A model generated the notes under the pieces. That model saw nothing but the letters and a program-made list of their open reading frames with translations. It did no database searches and was not told the origin of the DNA. Positions 27,557-36,114 of a DNA stretch of 64,000 nucleotides are shown piece by piece; position 1 is the first letter of the stretch, and the number at the start of each line of letters is the position of its first letter. The position numbers and the translations under genes were made by a program. The DNA comes from Deltaproteobacteria bacterium (GTDB taxonomy: Bacteria; Desulfobacterota; Desulfovibrionia; Desulfovibrionales; Desulfomicrobiaceae), in assembly GCA_009929795.1 (NCBI GenBank), contig RZZR01000003.1, forward strand, positions 3,747 to 67,746, in the 5' to 3' direction.

Positions 27557-27612
27557 CCCAACTCAAAAAAAATGCCCGGCTCGCGAAACTTGCGCTGCGC
27601 CCCTGACCGTTT

Positions 27613-29562
27613 CTACTGAAACAACCGGGTTATGATTTCCTTGTATTTTCGCTCAATGACATGACGCTTTTTCTTCAAGGTGTTGGTCAATTCCTCGCCA
27701 AGTTGGAACTCCCGGTCAAGAAAAGAAATCCGATGCAGTTTCTCGTAAGGCTTGAATCCTTTCCTGGTATCGAGCAATTTGTTCATCTCCTTGCGAATGC
27801 CTTCGAGTATGCTCGAATCGCTCAAAAAATCTTCTGTTTCCTGAGAGATGCGTTGGTATTTGCGCCTCAAGTACTCGCGCAGTTCCTCCATGTTCGGCAC
27901 GATGAGGGCCCCCAGCCCCTTCTGGTCTTGGCCGACCAGCACGGCATCGTTCACAAAAGGAAACATGGAGATGGTCGCCTCGATCCGACTGGGATCCACA
28001 TTTTCTCCGCTGGTCAGGACGATGATCTCCTTGGATCGTCCGGTGATCACCAATTCTCCTGTGACGGTCAGCATCCCGAGATCTCCGGTCCGGAAAAACC
28101 CGTCGGCCGTAAAGGCCTTTCGATTCTCCTCATCGGCCATGTAATACCCGCCGAAGACCTGCCCCCCCCGGACCTGGATCTCGCCCTCATGCCCTGGGGG
28201 AAGAGGCTGATCTCCATCGTCTGCGATCCTCAGTTCCGTTTCCGGCACCGGAGGCCCGAGGGTTCCGAAAACAGGACAATTCCAACCTCTGCCGGCGATG
28301 CCCGGCGAACATTCGGTCATGCCATAGGCATTGACGATTCTGATGCCCAGGGCATCGATCCATTCGTCGAGATAGGCCGGCAGACTTCCCCCTCCGCTGA
28401 TGGCCATTCTCAGACGGCCTCCGAATCGCTCCTGAACAGCAGACAATTTTTTCCGAGCAAGGCAGTACGGCAGGGCCAATGCCGCCATGGCCCAAAAAGC
28501 TCTGGCCCTGTCGATCGCCACCCTGAACCGCCCCGGCCTCACAAATACCGGCAGTTCATTGCGGACTATACGCCGATTTCTGCGGTAGGCCTTGGAGGTC
28601 CAGACCAAGGCAGCAAAAATCCGCTCGGGCCAAACCCCCTTCTTCCGCACGGCCGCCTGGATTCGGTTGTACAGGGACTCCCAGAGCCTGGGGACACTGG
28701 CCACCAGGGTCGGCTTGTACTCGGCCAAATCAGCGGCAAAGGTTTTGATCGAGGAGTAGACGATTTCGCTCCCCCGAGCGACCGAAAGGTACTCGGCGGT
28801 CCGCTCGAAAATGTGCCAAGTCGGGAGGACCGAGAGCCATCGGTCCTTTTCGGTCAGCCCGATCAGCCCCGGCAGGTTGACGATGTTGTGGTGGATGTTG
28901 GCATGGGTCAGAACAACCCCCTTGGGGACCCCGGTGGTTCCCGAGGTGTAGATGATGGTCATCGGATCCTCGGGCAGAATGTTTCGGGCCGCATCAAGAA
29001 ATTCGTCTCGATCCTGGGCGGTGAAGGTGCGCTCTCCAAGAATATCGGCATAGGAAAAAACGCGGTCGAACCAGCTCCCCCGACCTTCACCGGCGATGAC
29101 TAATGTGGTCATCACGCCTTTGATGCCTTTGATCGTCTCTTCGTGACAGCCTAAAAGCTCCGCTGTTTCGAAGATCAGATGTGAACATCCGGAGTGCTCG
29201 AGAATGAACCGCAACTCCTGAGATGGTGCATCGCTGCCTCTGGGCACGCTGATGGCCCCCAGGGACTGAAGGGCCATGTCGGTCACGATCCATGCGTAAC
29301 GGTTGTCCGAAAGGAGAAGAACCCGCTCCCCCTTCTGAATTTTCTTCTTGGCGAAAGCTCTGGACAGGAGCAGGACGTCCTCAAGGAACTTTTCGTAGGT
29401 CACCTCAAACTCCTGCTCTCCGGCCCTGTACCGGAAAGCCGGGCGATCCTTGAAACGTTGGCACGCCTCAACAAAGACCCCGATGACCGTTTTCCTCTCG
29501 AACTCCATCCCATCCCCCGGTTTGCCCGACCTGTTGATCAAGCCTCGAACCTCAGACACCAT
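27613..29562 (-). CDS. Long-chain acyl-CoA synthetase (AMP-binding enzyme)
   Basis: AMP-binding motif IIYTSGTTGVPKGVVLTH, plus GYGMTE-like NAYGMTECS and TGDLG. The start is uncertain (29562 or 29508). Confidence 0.8.
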   Translation of the reverse strand: MVSEVRGLINRSGKPGDGMEFERKTVIGVFVEACQRFKDRPAFRYRAGEQEFEVTYEKFLEDVLLLSRAFAKKKIQKGERVLLLSDNRYAWIVTDMALQSLGAISVPRGSDAPSQELRFILEHSGCSHLIFETAELLGCHEETIKGIKGVMTTLVIAGEGRGSWFDRVFSYADILGERTFTAQDRDEFLDAARNILPEDPMTIIYTSGTTGVPKGVVLTHANIHHNIVNLPGLIGLTEKDRWLSVLPTWHIFERTAEYLSVARGSEIVYSSIKTFAADLAEYKPTLVASVPRLWESLYNRIQAAVRKKGVWPERIFAALVWTSKAYRRNRRIVRNELPVFVRPGRFRVAIDRARAFWAMAALALPYCLARKKLSAVQERFGGRLRMAISGGGSLPAYLDEWIDALGIRIVNAYGMTECSPGIAGRGWNCPVFGTLGPPVPETELRIADDGDQPLPPGHEGEIQVRGGQVFGGYYMADEENRKAFTADGFFRTGDLGMLTVTGELVITGRSKEIIVLTSGENVDPSRIEATISMFPFVNDAVLVGQDQKGLGALIVPNMEELREYLRRKYQRISQETEDFLSDSSILEGIRKEMNKLLDTRKGFKPYEKLHRISFLDREFQLGEELTNTLKKKRHVIERKYKEIITRLFQ

Positions 29563-29702
29563 CTCTGCGCCTCTACAGGGACTCGGCCTTCCGGGCAAGC
29601 GGAACATGCCTCAATGCGATGGCCTTGCCCTGGAAGTGTTTTTCGGGCATTCTCATCAGCACAGGACAGTCCCACTTCTAAACGGCATTTGGAGTCACGA
29701 TC

Positions 29703-30158
29703 ATGGCCGCCTACCTCGTGTGGTTTATCATCGGCTTGGTGTTCATCGTTCTGGAAATCACCATGCCCAATTTCGTATTCATCTTCTTCGGAGTCGGAGC
29801 CTGGGCAGCTTCGGCCGTCGCCTTTTCGGACACCCTCGGCCTCGAGTTTCAGATCGTGACATTCATCCTGGCTTCAGTCCTTGGGCTCGTTTCTCTCCGA
29901 CGCCTGGGTCTGAAGGCCTTCACCGGCCGAGCGAAGGACACGGAGGATGACGGACTGGATGCCAGTCCCGTGGGGAGCAAATGCCTGGTCACCAAGCCGA
30001 TCGCCCCGGACATGCCCGGATCCGTCAAATTCAGGGGTTCCTTCTGGCGAGCCGTGGCCCAAGAGTCCATCGAAGCCGGAGCCATGGTCGTGGTTGAAAA
30101 AATAGAATCCAACCAAGAAGGGACCGTCTACCACGTCCGGCCCGTGACTAGAGGCTGA
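29703..30158 (+). CDS. NfeD-family membrane protein
   Basis: Three N-terminal TM helices and a C-terminal OB-like soluble domain (GSVKFRGSFWRAVAQESIEAGAMVVV). It lies immediately upstream of an SPFH gene. Confidence 0.7.
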   Translation: MAAYLVWFIIGLVFIVLEITMPNFVFIFFGVGAWAASAVAFSDTLGLEFQIVTFILASVLGLVSLRRLGLKAFTGRAKDTEDDGLDASPVGSKCLVTKPIAPDMPGSVKFRGSFWRAVAQESIEAGAMVVVEKIESNQEGTVYHVRPVTRG

Positions 30159-30195
30159 ACCCCCGATTCTTAACCAAATATCACAGGAGATACCC

Positions 30196-31182
30196 ATGCT
30201 TGCTCAGTTGTTCGCCAGCGACTCCCTCGTCGTGGTCCTTCTTTTGGCCGGTCTGGTCATTTTCGTTCTCTACCGGTACACTGTCGTTGTCCCCCAACGT
30301 TCCGAATTCATTGTCGAACGTCTCGGAAAATATCGAACCACATTGGGGGCCGGTTTTCATATCCTTTTTCCCTTTCTCGATCGAGTAAGCTATAAACGCT
30401 CCCTGAAAGAGGAGGTCCTGGACGTGGTTTCCCAGACATGCATCACCAGGGACAACGTCACGGTTGAAGTCGATGGTGTCATTTATTTGCAAATAGTCGA
30501 CAGCAAACTCTCCGCCTATGGCATCGAGGACTACAAGCTGGCCGCAAACCAACTGGCCCAGACATCCCTTCGTTCGGCCATCGGCAAGATCGACCTGGAC
30601 AAAACATTCGAGGAACGGGAAAGCATCAACATGGCCGTTGTCGATGCCGTGGACGAAGCCGCCCAGACCTGGGGGGTCAAGGTGCTCCGCTACGAAATCA
30701 AGGATATCACCCCGCCCCAAAGCGTCATGGACGCCATGGAACAACAGATGAAGGCCGAGCGGGAAAAACGGGCCGAGATCGCCCGCTCAGAAGGTGACAA
30801 GCAGGCCCGCATCAACCGGGCCGAAGGCCTTCGCCAGGAGGCCATTGCCATATCCGAAGGCGAAAAGCAGAAACGAATCAACGAGGCCGAGGGAAGGGCC
30901 CGCGAAATCGAACTCGTGGCCCAGGCCACGGCGCGGAGCATCGCACTGGTTGCTCAGGCCATGACCAGGGACAACGGCATGGGCGCGGCCAATCTCCGCG
31001 TCGCCGAACAATATCTGAATGAATTCGGAAAACTGGCTAAAGAAGGAAACTCCCTGATCATCCCCTCGAATCTGTCGGATGTGGCCTCCATGGTCGCTTC
31101 GGTCACCCGGGTCATCGGACACGAGGGGTCCGTGTCAGGTTCGGGCCAGAATATGGATTTTTCCCTGGCCGAAGAACGCTGA
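30196..31182 (+). CDS. SPFH/band-7 (stomatin/paraslipin-like) protein
   Basis: N-terminal TM helix, an SPFH core (VPQRSEFIVERLGKY...TRDNVTVEVDGVIYLQIVD) and a coiled-coil tail (AEREKRAEIARSEGDKQARI). Confidence 0.85.
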   Translation: MLAQLFASDSLVVVLLLAGLVIFVLYRYTVVVPQRSEFIVERLGKYRTTLGAGFHILFPFLDRVSYKRSLKEEVLDVVSQTCITRDNVTVEVDGVIYLQIVDSKLSAYGIEDYKLAANQLAQTSLRSAIGKIDLDKTFEERESINMAVVDAVDEAAQTWGVKVLRYEIKDITPPQSVMDAMEQQMKAEREKRAEIARSEGDKQARINRAEGLRQEAIAISEGEKQKRINEAEGRAREIELVAQATARSIALVAQAMTRDNGMGAANLRVAEQYLNEFGKLAKEGNSLIIPSNLSDVASMVASVTRVIGHEGSVSGSGQNMDFSLAEER

Positions 31183-31216
31183 GCACTGCCGGGGCCTCTC
31201 AAAAATCTGACATCTC

Positions 31217-31242
31217 GGGGCCGGTGAAAACCGGCCCTTTTC
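31217..31242 (+). terminator. Rho-independent terminator after the SPFH gene
   Basis: GGGGCCGG-tgaaaa-CCGGCCC followed by TTTTCC. Confidence 0.7.
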
Positions 31243-31273
31243 CGTTTGCAACCCGAAAGAGCGAGTGTGACGT

Positions 31274-31987
31274 GTGGTGAATGCCAAGAATGACCCGATT
31301 TCAGATCTTGAAATGAAGCTCGGCTATAAATTCGGCGACCAGTCCCTGGTGCTCCAGGCCTTGACCCACAGCTCGTATGCCAACGAGCAAGGCATGGAAA
31401 GCAACGAACGGATGGAATTCCTAGGAGACGCGGTCCTGGAGTTGGCCGTTTCGGTGAAGATATATGACCTCTTCTCGGATATGCGGGAGGGGGACATGAC
31501 CAGACTCAGGGCATCCCTGGTCAATGAAAAGGCCTTGGCCGAACGGGCCAGATCCATGAATCTCGGACGACACGTCCTGCTCGGGAAGGGCGAGGAATTA
31601 CAGGGGGGGAAGGACAGAGACTCCATCTTGAGCGACGCCCTGGAGGCTCTGCTCGGGGGGATATACCTCGACGCCGGATTCGACCGGGCCATGGATTGCA
31701 TCGACCGGATTCTAGGCCCGATCTGGCCGACATCCCCAGATCTGGATCGTCCCAAAGACGACAAGTCCCGATTACAGGAACTTACCCAGTCCCTGCACAA
31801 GGCAAAGCCGACGTATATCCTCAAGGAAACCATGGGGCCGGACCATTGTGCGAGCTATCTGGTCGAGGTCCGTCTGCCGGATGGATCCTTTGCCGAGGCT
31901 CGGTCCTCGACGGTTCGCAAAGCCGAGCAACTGGCAGCCCGCAAGGCAATTCACAAGCTGCTGAACCAAGGCGATCAAAGGCCTTGA
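31274..31987 (+). CDS. rnc: Ribonuclease III
   Basis: NERMEFLGDAVLELAVS signature and a C-terminal dsRBD (KSRLQELTQ...RSSTVRKAEQLAARKAI). GTG start. Confidence 0.9.
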   Translation: MVNAKNDPISDLEMKLGYKFGDQSLVLQALTHSSYANEQGMESNERMEFLGDAVLELAVSVKIYDLFSDMREGDMTRLRASLVNEKALAERARSMNLGRHVLLGKGEELQGGKDRDSILSDALEALLGGIYLDAGFDRAMDCIDRILGPIWPTSPDLDRPKDDKSRLQELTQSLHKAKPTYILKETMGPDHCASYLVEVRLPDGSFAEARSSTVRKAEQLAARKAIHKLLNQGDQRP

Positions 31988-31993
31988 CCTTGC

Positions 31994-32022
31994 CCGCCAT
32001 GGGGGCCAATCCCCCATGGCGG
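31994..32022. terminator. Perfect 12-bp hairpin between convergent rnc and flagellin genes
   Basis: CCGCCATGGGGG-ccaat-CCCCCATGGCGG. There is no clear U-tract on either side. Confidence 0.45.
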
Positions 32023-32071
32023 ACCATGTCTTAGCCACAGCCACTCACGGAATGACTGTCACCTCTATCAA

Positions 32072-32980
32072 CTACCCGCCCTGAATGAGCTGCATGGCCA
32101 TCCTGGGCAGCGAGTTGGCCTGTGAAAGCATGGCCACGGCGGCCTGGGTCAGAATCTGATTCCGGACGAACTCGGTCATTTCTGCAGCGACATCCACGTC
32201 GGAGATCCGGGATTCAGCGGCCTGGAGATTCTCGGCCTGGATGCTCAGATTGGTGATGGTGTTGGCCAACCTGTTCTGCATGGCACCGAGATTGGCGCGG
32301 ATATTGTCCTTAGAAGTGATGGCTGCGTTTAGGGCATCCAGCGCGTTCTGGGCCAGGGCCTGTGTGGAGATGGAACGACCGGCGTTTTCAGCGAGGGTAG
32401 TACCTCCTCGGGCGCCAAAACCGACTCCCAACGCCGAAGCCGTGGCCGCGCCGATTCGGATGTAATAGTAGTCTTCAGCGCTGTCGTTGCCTGCTCCGAA
32501 ATGGATCTTCAAATCACCACTCGACTGCAATCCCGTACCTTCATGCGCGCCCGATAATGTTCCGTCCAAGAGCTTGATGCCGTTGAAATCAGTAGCCATG
32601 GCGATTCGGGTGATTTCCGAGGCCATGGCTTGGTACTCGGAGTCGATGATCAGTCGCTGGGCCGACGTGTAGGTGCCCGTGGCCGCCTGGGTCGCCAGCT
32701 CCTTCATCCGGATGAGTTTCTCATCAATGACCCCCAAGGCCCCGTCGGCCGTCTGGATCATCGAGATGGCATCGTTGGCGTTTCTGATGCCCTGGTTCAT
32801 TGAAGCGATGTCCGCCCGCATGAGCTCGCGGATCGCCAATCCGGCGGCATCGTCGGCCGCCGTGCCGATCCGGAGCCCCGAAGACAGTCGCCTGGTTGAC
32901 ACACCCAGACTGTTGTACGCATTGGACAGATTCCGGGTGGCATTCATTGCCATGAGATTATGGTTGATGACTAAAGACAT
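32072..32980 (-). CDS. fliC: Flagellin
   Basis: N-terminus MSLVINHNLMAMNATRNLSN...RLSSGLRIGTAADDAAGLAI and C-terminus NRLANTITNLSIQAENLQAAESRISDVDVAAEMTEFVRNQIL. Confidence 0.95.
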   Translation of the reverse strand: MSLVINHNLMAMNATRNLSNAYNSLGVSTRRLSSGLRIGTAADDAAGLAIRELMRADIASMNQGIRNANDAISMIQTADGALGVIDEKLIRMKELATQAATGTYTSAQRLIIDSEYQAMASEITRIAMATDFNGIKLLDGTLSGAHEGTGLQSSGDLKIHFGAGNDSAEDYYYIRIGAATASALGVGFGARGGTTLAENAGRSISTQALAQNALDALNAAITSKDNIRANLGAMQNRLANTITNLSIQAENLQAAESRISDVDVAAEMTEFVRNQILTQAAVAMLSQANSLPRMAMQLIQGG

Positions 32981-33011
32981 GGTGAAACCTCCTTAGGCTT
33001 TTTCAGAATTA

Positions 33012-33027
33012 TGCAATCAAGGGGCCA
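33012..33027 (-). promoter_or_regulatory. Sigma-54 (-24/-12) promoter candidate for the flagellin gene
   Basis: The minus strand reads TGGCCCCTTGATTGCA, with GG and GC at exactly the consensus spacing of TGGCAC-N5-TTGCW. It lies 31 nt upstream of the ATG and is followed by AAGGAGG. Confidence 0.55.
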
Positions 33028-33141
33028 AAAAATTATATATATTTAAAACAGTATATTAAGTATATTTTTGGCCATTTTTTCCCTTTCATGTCATCCTTCC
33101 GGCCTTAAAAATCCTCCCATCCGTCATTTTTTTCCCACCCC

Positions 33142-33169
33142 TAAAGTTTCAAGTGCTTTCGGCCGATTA
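33142..33169 (+). promoter_or_regulatory. Sigma-28 (FliA) promoter candidate for flaG
   Basis: TAAAGTTT-N12-GCCGATTA against the consensus TAAAGTTT-N11-GCCGATAA. It lies about 30 nt upstream of the flaG ATG. Confidence 0.6.
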
Positions 33170-33198
33170 TTGTTATGACCATCAAGGAGGTAAGAAGC

Positions 33199-33591
33199 AT
33201 GATCATCCAACCACTCCTGCAGCAAAACGACGGGGGAGCGGAACGACTGGCAGCCGAAGCACGGCACCGTGTTGAGGAATCCATCGGTCGTGACCAGGAA
33301 ATGGCTCAACGCGAGCAAAAAAACACCGTCCAGAATTTCCAGCAACGCGAAGACGACGAGCTTCTCGATCGGGACACAGCCCGAACCTTGGCCTCGGCCA
33401 TGGAAAGCTACGCCTCGGCCATGGGCTCCCAGCTCAAGTTCAATCTCGACGACAAGCGAAATGTTCTCCAGGTCGAGGTGATCGATCCGGCCACCGACAA
33501 GGTCATCCGAAAAATTCCTCCGGACGAACTTGTCGATCTGGCTTCTTCTCTGGAAAAAGCCACTGGGATCATGATGAATCGAATGTTTTGA
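33199..33591 (+). CDS. flaG: Flagellar protein FlaG
   Basis: The ATG at 33199 follows AGGAGG. The C-terminal LKFNLDDKRNVLQVEVIDPATDKVIRKIPPDELVDLA is the FlaG family pattern. Confidence 0.75.
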   Translation: MIIQPLLQQNDGGAERLAAEARHRVEESIGRDQEMAQREQKNTVQNFQQREDDELLDRDTARTLASAMESYASAMGSQLKFNLDDKRNVLQVEVIDPATDKVIRKIPPDELVDLASSLEKATGIMMNRMF

Positions 33592-33615
33592 GTCGGACCA
33601 TGTCTTGGCCTCCCA

Positions 33616-33657
33616 AACACCGATAGCCCGCTGAAATCCCAGCGGGCTATCGGTGTT
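33616..33657. terminator. Bidirectional terminator between flaG and flgE
   Basis: Perfect 18-bp inverted repeat AACACCGATAGCCCGCTG-aaatcc-CAGCGGGCTATCGGTGTT. Confidence 0.7.
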
Positions 33658-33679
33658 GGTTGTCGACTTGGAGCCGTTC

Positions 33680-35392
33680 TTATCTCTTGAGTTGTATGAG
33701 AATGGACAGCATCTGGTCCGTGGTGGTAATGGTTTTGCTGTTGGCCTCGAACCCCTTCTGTGTCGTGATCATGTTCACGAACTCCGTGGCCAGATCGACG
33801 TTGGACTGCTCAAGGGAGTTGGAAGCGATGCTCCCCTTGCCGGCCGTTCCAGCCAAACCAGTCAACGGCGGTCCGGAAGACCGGGTTTCCGAGAACAGGT
33901 TGTTTCCTTCCCGGTACAATGCGTACTGATTGTTGAAATCTGCCAGGGTCAAGGCGTAGAGTTCCAAGACTTGACCGTTGGAATACCTACCAACGAGCAC
34001 CCCGTCCCGGTCCACGGAAACGCTCTGCAAAAATCCCGCACCATACCCGTCCTGAGACTGGTACAGGGTGGTTGATCCCGTACTATACGTTGTGCTCGAC
34101 AGGGCGCTGATTTCCGGATCTCTTACGGTCATCAAATTGTCCGGGTCAGTTCCATATGTCGCAGGATCACCGCCTGTGGCACCCGAGTTGCTCGTCCATC
34201 CAGGGCCAATGGGATTAACGGGATCTTCTTCTAAGTTCTTGTTGCGCAATCCAAAATTGATTTCAATATTCTTGGGATCTGCAGGAGGATTTGCGGTGGC
34301 GCCTCCCGGGTAGGAAGTCGAGCTGGCATTTGCGGCTCCAGTGAAGTTGGCCGTGCAGATGGGGTAACCGTTCTGGGAAAAATTGGCAGGAGTCCACTCA
34401 GCCAAATCACTTGGGTCGGCGGGAAAAGTATACGGACCGCCATCCGGACCGTCCGCATTAATCGTGAAACCGGTCATGCCCTCGATCTCGCCGGCCGTGT
34501 TGAAGGTCAGGGTCCCGATCATCAACACACCGCGCATCCTCTCGTTATCTCCCCCTGCGTCTATAACGAATTCCCGATGATCTTCGTTAGGCGGAACCGT
34601 GACCATGTACTCCACATACTTCTTGCCTCCGGCCGCATCGATAACGTCCTCGTGGTTGACCGGATCGAAATACACGGTAAGATTGTGCGAAGTTCCGTTC
34701 TCGTCATATACCTTGATCGTGCTTTGGTAGGCATATTGAGCGTCGCCTAATGGCGGGTCCACAGTAGCGTCCCAATTGCTATACAAGGCGAAGAACGGGT
34801 CCGTTTCGCTGGTCGACTTGTCTTCCGCCCTGGAATCGACGTTCACAATCATGCTGACGTTCGTGGTCGCCTGAGGCGGAGACTGAAAATTTTCCAATCG
34901 GATGTCGGTTGGTACACCGATGGTCTTGACCCCGACCGTGGCCGAACTGGTCGACGCCGTCGTGGCCGCAGCGGAGATGTTTTCCCGCTGCACTTCCCAG
35001 CCCTGAAGCACGTAGCCATTGGGATCGACCAGATAGCCATCCTTGTCGAACCGAAAATTCCCGGCCCGAGTGTAATAATTCGTCTCATACCCCTTGGGGG
35101 AGACCATGAAGAATCCCTTGCCACCGATGGCCAAATCCGTGGCCTCGGTGGTGGTTTCCAGGGAGCCCTGGGCGAAATCGGCCATGACCGTGCCGACCAT
35201 GACGCCCCGCCCTACCTGTCCGCCCCCTGCCGCCGTGGTGATGGACTGACTCAAGGCGTCCATGAAATGCATCCTAGAACCCTTGAAGCCTAGGGTGCTG
35301 ACGTTGGCGATGTTGTTACCGATGACCGACATGGCCTCGCCATGGGCCTTGAGTCCGGTGGTGCCCGAGTAAAGAGCTGCTGACAAACCCAT
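33680..35392 (-). CDS. flgE: Flagellar hook protein FlgE
   Basis: N-terminus GLKAHGEAMSVIGNNIANVSTLGFKGSR and C-terminus LEQSNVDLATEFVNMITTQKGFEANSKTITTTDQML. Confidence 0.9.
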   Translation of the reverse strand: MGLSAALYSGTTGLKAHGEAMSVIGNNIANVSTLGFKGSRMHFMDALSQSITTAAGGGQVGRGVMVGTVMADFAQGSLETTTEATDLAIGGKGFFMVSPKGYETNYYTRAGNFRFDKDGYLVDPNGYVLQGWEVQRENISAAATTASTSSATVGVKTIGVPTDIRLENFQSPPQATTNVSMIVNVDSRAEDKSTSETDPFFALYSNWDATVDPPLGDAQYAYQSTIKVYDENGTSHNLTVYFDPVNHEDVIDAAGGKKYVEYMVTVPPNEDHREFVIDAGGDNERMRGVLMIGTLTFNTAGEIEGMTGFTINADGPDGGPYTFPADPSDLAEWTPANFSQNGYPICTANFTGAANASSTSYPGGATANPPADPKNIEINFGLRNKNLEEDPVNPIGPGWTSNSGATGGDPATYGTDPDNLMTVRDPEISALSSTTYSTGSTTLYQSQDGYGAGFLQSVSVDRDGVLVGRYSNGQVLELYALTLADFNNQYALYREGNNLFSETRSSGPPLTGLAGTAGKGSIASNSLEQSNVDLATEFVNMITTQKGFEANSKTITTTDQMLSILIQLKR

Positions 35393-35403
35393 AACGTACC
35401 CCC

Positions 35404-36102
35404 TTATACTTCGGATTCTTGGGCCTGCTGGCCCGAATCCACCACTTGAGTAACCTGCATGAAGTCGAGATACCGCCCGTCCTGCAATCGAAGATAGATC
35501 TGACCGCCCACATTCTCCACTCCGGCCACCACCCCGGCGACCTCGGAATTGACCAGGACGGGCTGCCCGTTGACTCCTTCAGCCGCGATATAAACGTAGT
35601 ACACACCGTCCGGGGCTGAGCCACCCATGTAGTTGCTGCCGTCCCAGGTGAACTCGTAGGATCCTGGCTGCTTGGACATGGCGTTGGCCGAATAGATGAT
35701 GTTTCCGTCAGCGTCGTAAACGTTGATGTACATCTTGGCCGCCACGTCGTCGAAGGAGTAATAGATCGGGCCAGCCTTGCCGTCGACCTTGCTGACCTGA
35801 TTACCTTCGGCGGTCACGGTCTTGCCGATGAAGCTCACCGCTCCGAGCATTTCCTGCCTGCTTGAATTTTCCTGAAGGCCGTCGATGCCCTTGGCGATCT
35901 GGGTCAACTGTTCGAGGCTGGAAAACTGGGCCAGTTGGGCCGTGAATTCCTTGTCGTCCATGGGATTCAGGGGATCCTGGTGCCGAAGCTGGGTGACCAG
36001 AAGCTGGAGAAAGGCCTCCTTGCCCAGTTCTGACCGGTCTCCGGTCTTCTTCTGGTCAAGGGCCTGTTCCTGCTCGTAAGTCCCGATGACGTTCGTGATC
36101 AT
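35404..36102 (-). CDS. flgD: Flagellar hook assembly/capping protein FlgD
   Basis: FLQLLVTQLRHQDPLNPMDDKEFTAQLAQFSSLEQ, plus a C-terminal FLgD Ig-like region. Confidence 0.9.
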   Translation of the reverse strand: MITNVIGTYEQEQALDQKKTGDRSELGKEAFLQLLVTQLRHQDPLNPMDDKEFTAQLAQFSSLEQLTQIAKGIDGLQENSSRQEMLGAVSFIGKTVTAEGNQVSKVDGKAGPIYYSFDDVAAKMYINVYDADGNIIYSANAMSKQPGSYEFTWDGSNYMGGSAPDGVYYVYIAAEGVNGQPVLVNSEVAGVVAGVENVGGQIYLRLQDGRYLDFMQVTQVVDSGQQAQESEV

Positions 36103-36114
36103 AATTTCATAACC

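Noticed and set aside
27557-27612. The spacer between the acyl-CoA ligase stop and the flxD start, containing a T8 run (on the minus strand). It was examined for a terminator, a promoter or a Rex box.
   Set aside because: I could not find a convincing stem preceding the T-run, nor a palindrome resembling the one upstream of qrcA. It is left unannotated.
33000-33120. An AT-rich block with short inverted and direct repeats, considered as an IS remnant, MITE or CRISPR-like repeat.
   Set aside because: It has no repeated spacer-repeat periodicity, no transposase and no target-site duplication. Its position between divergent flagellar genes carrying sigma-54 and sigma-28 boxes fits a promoter region.
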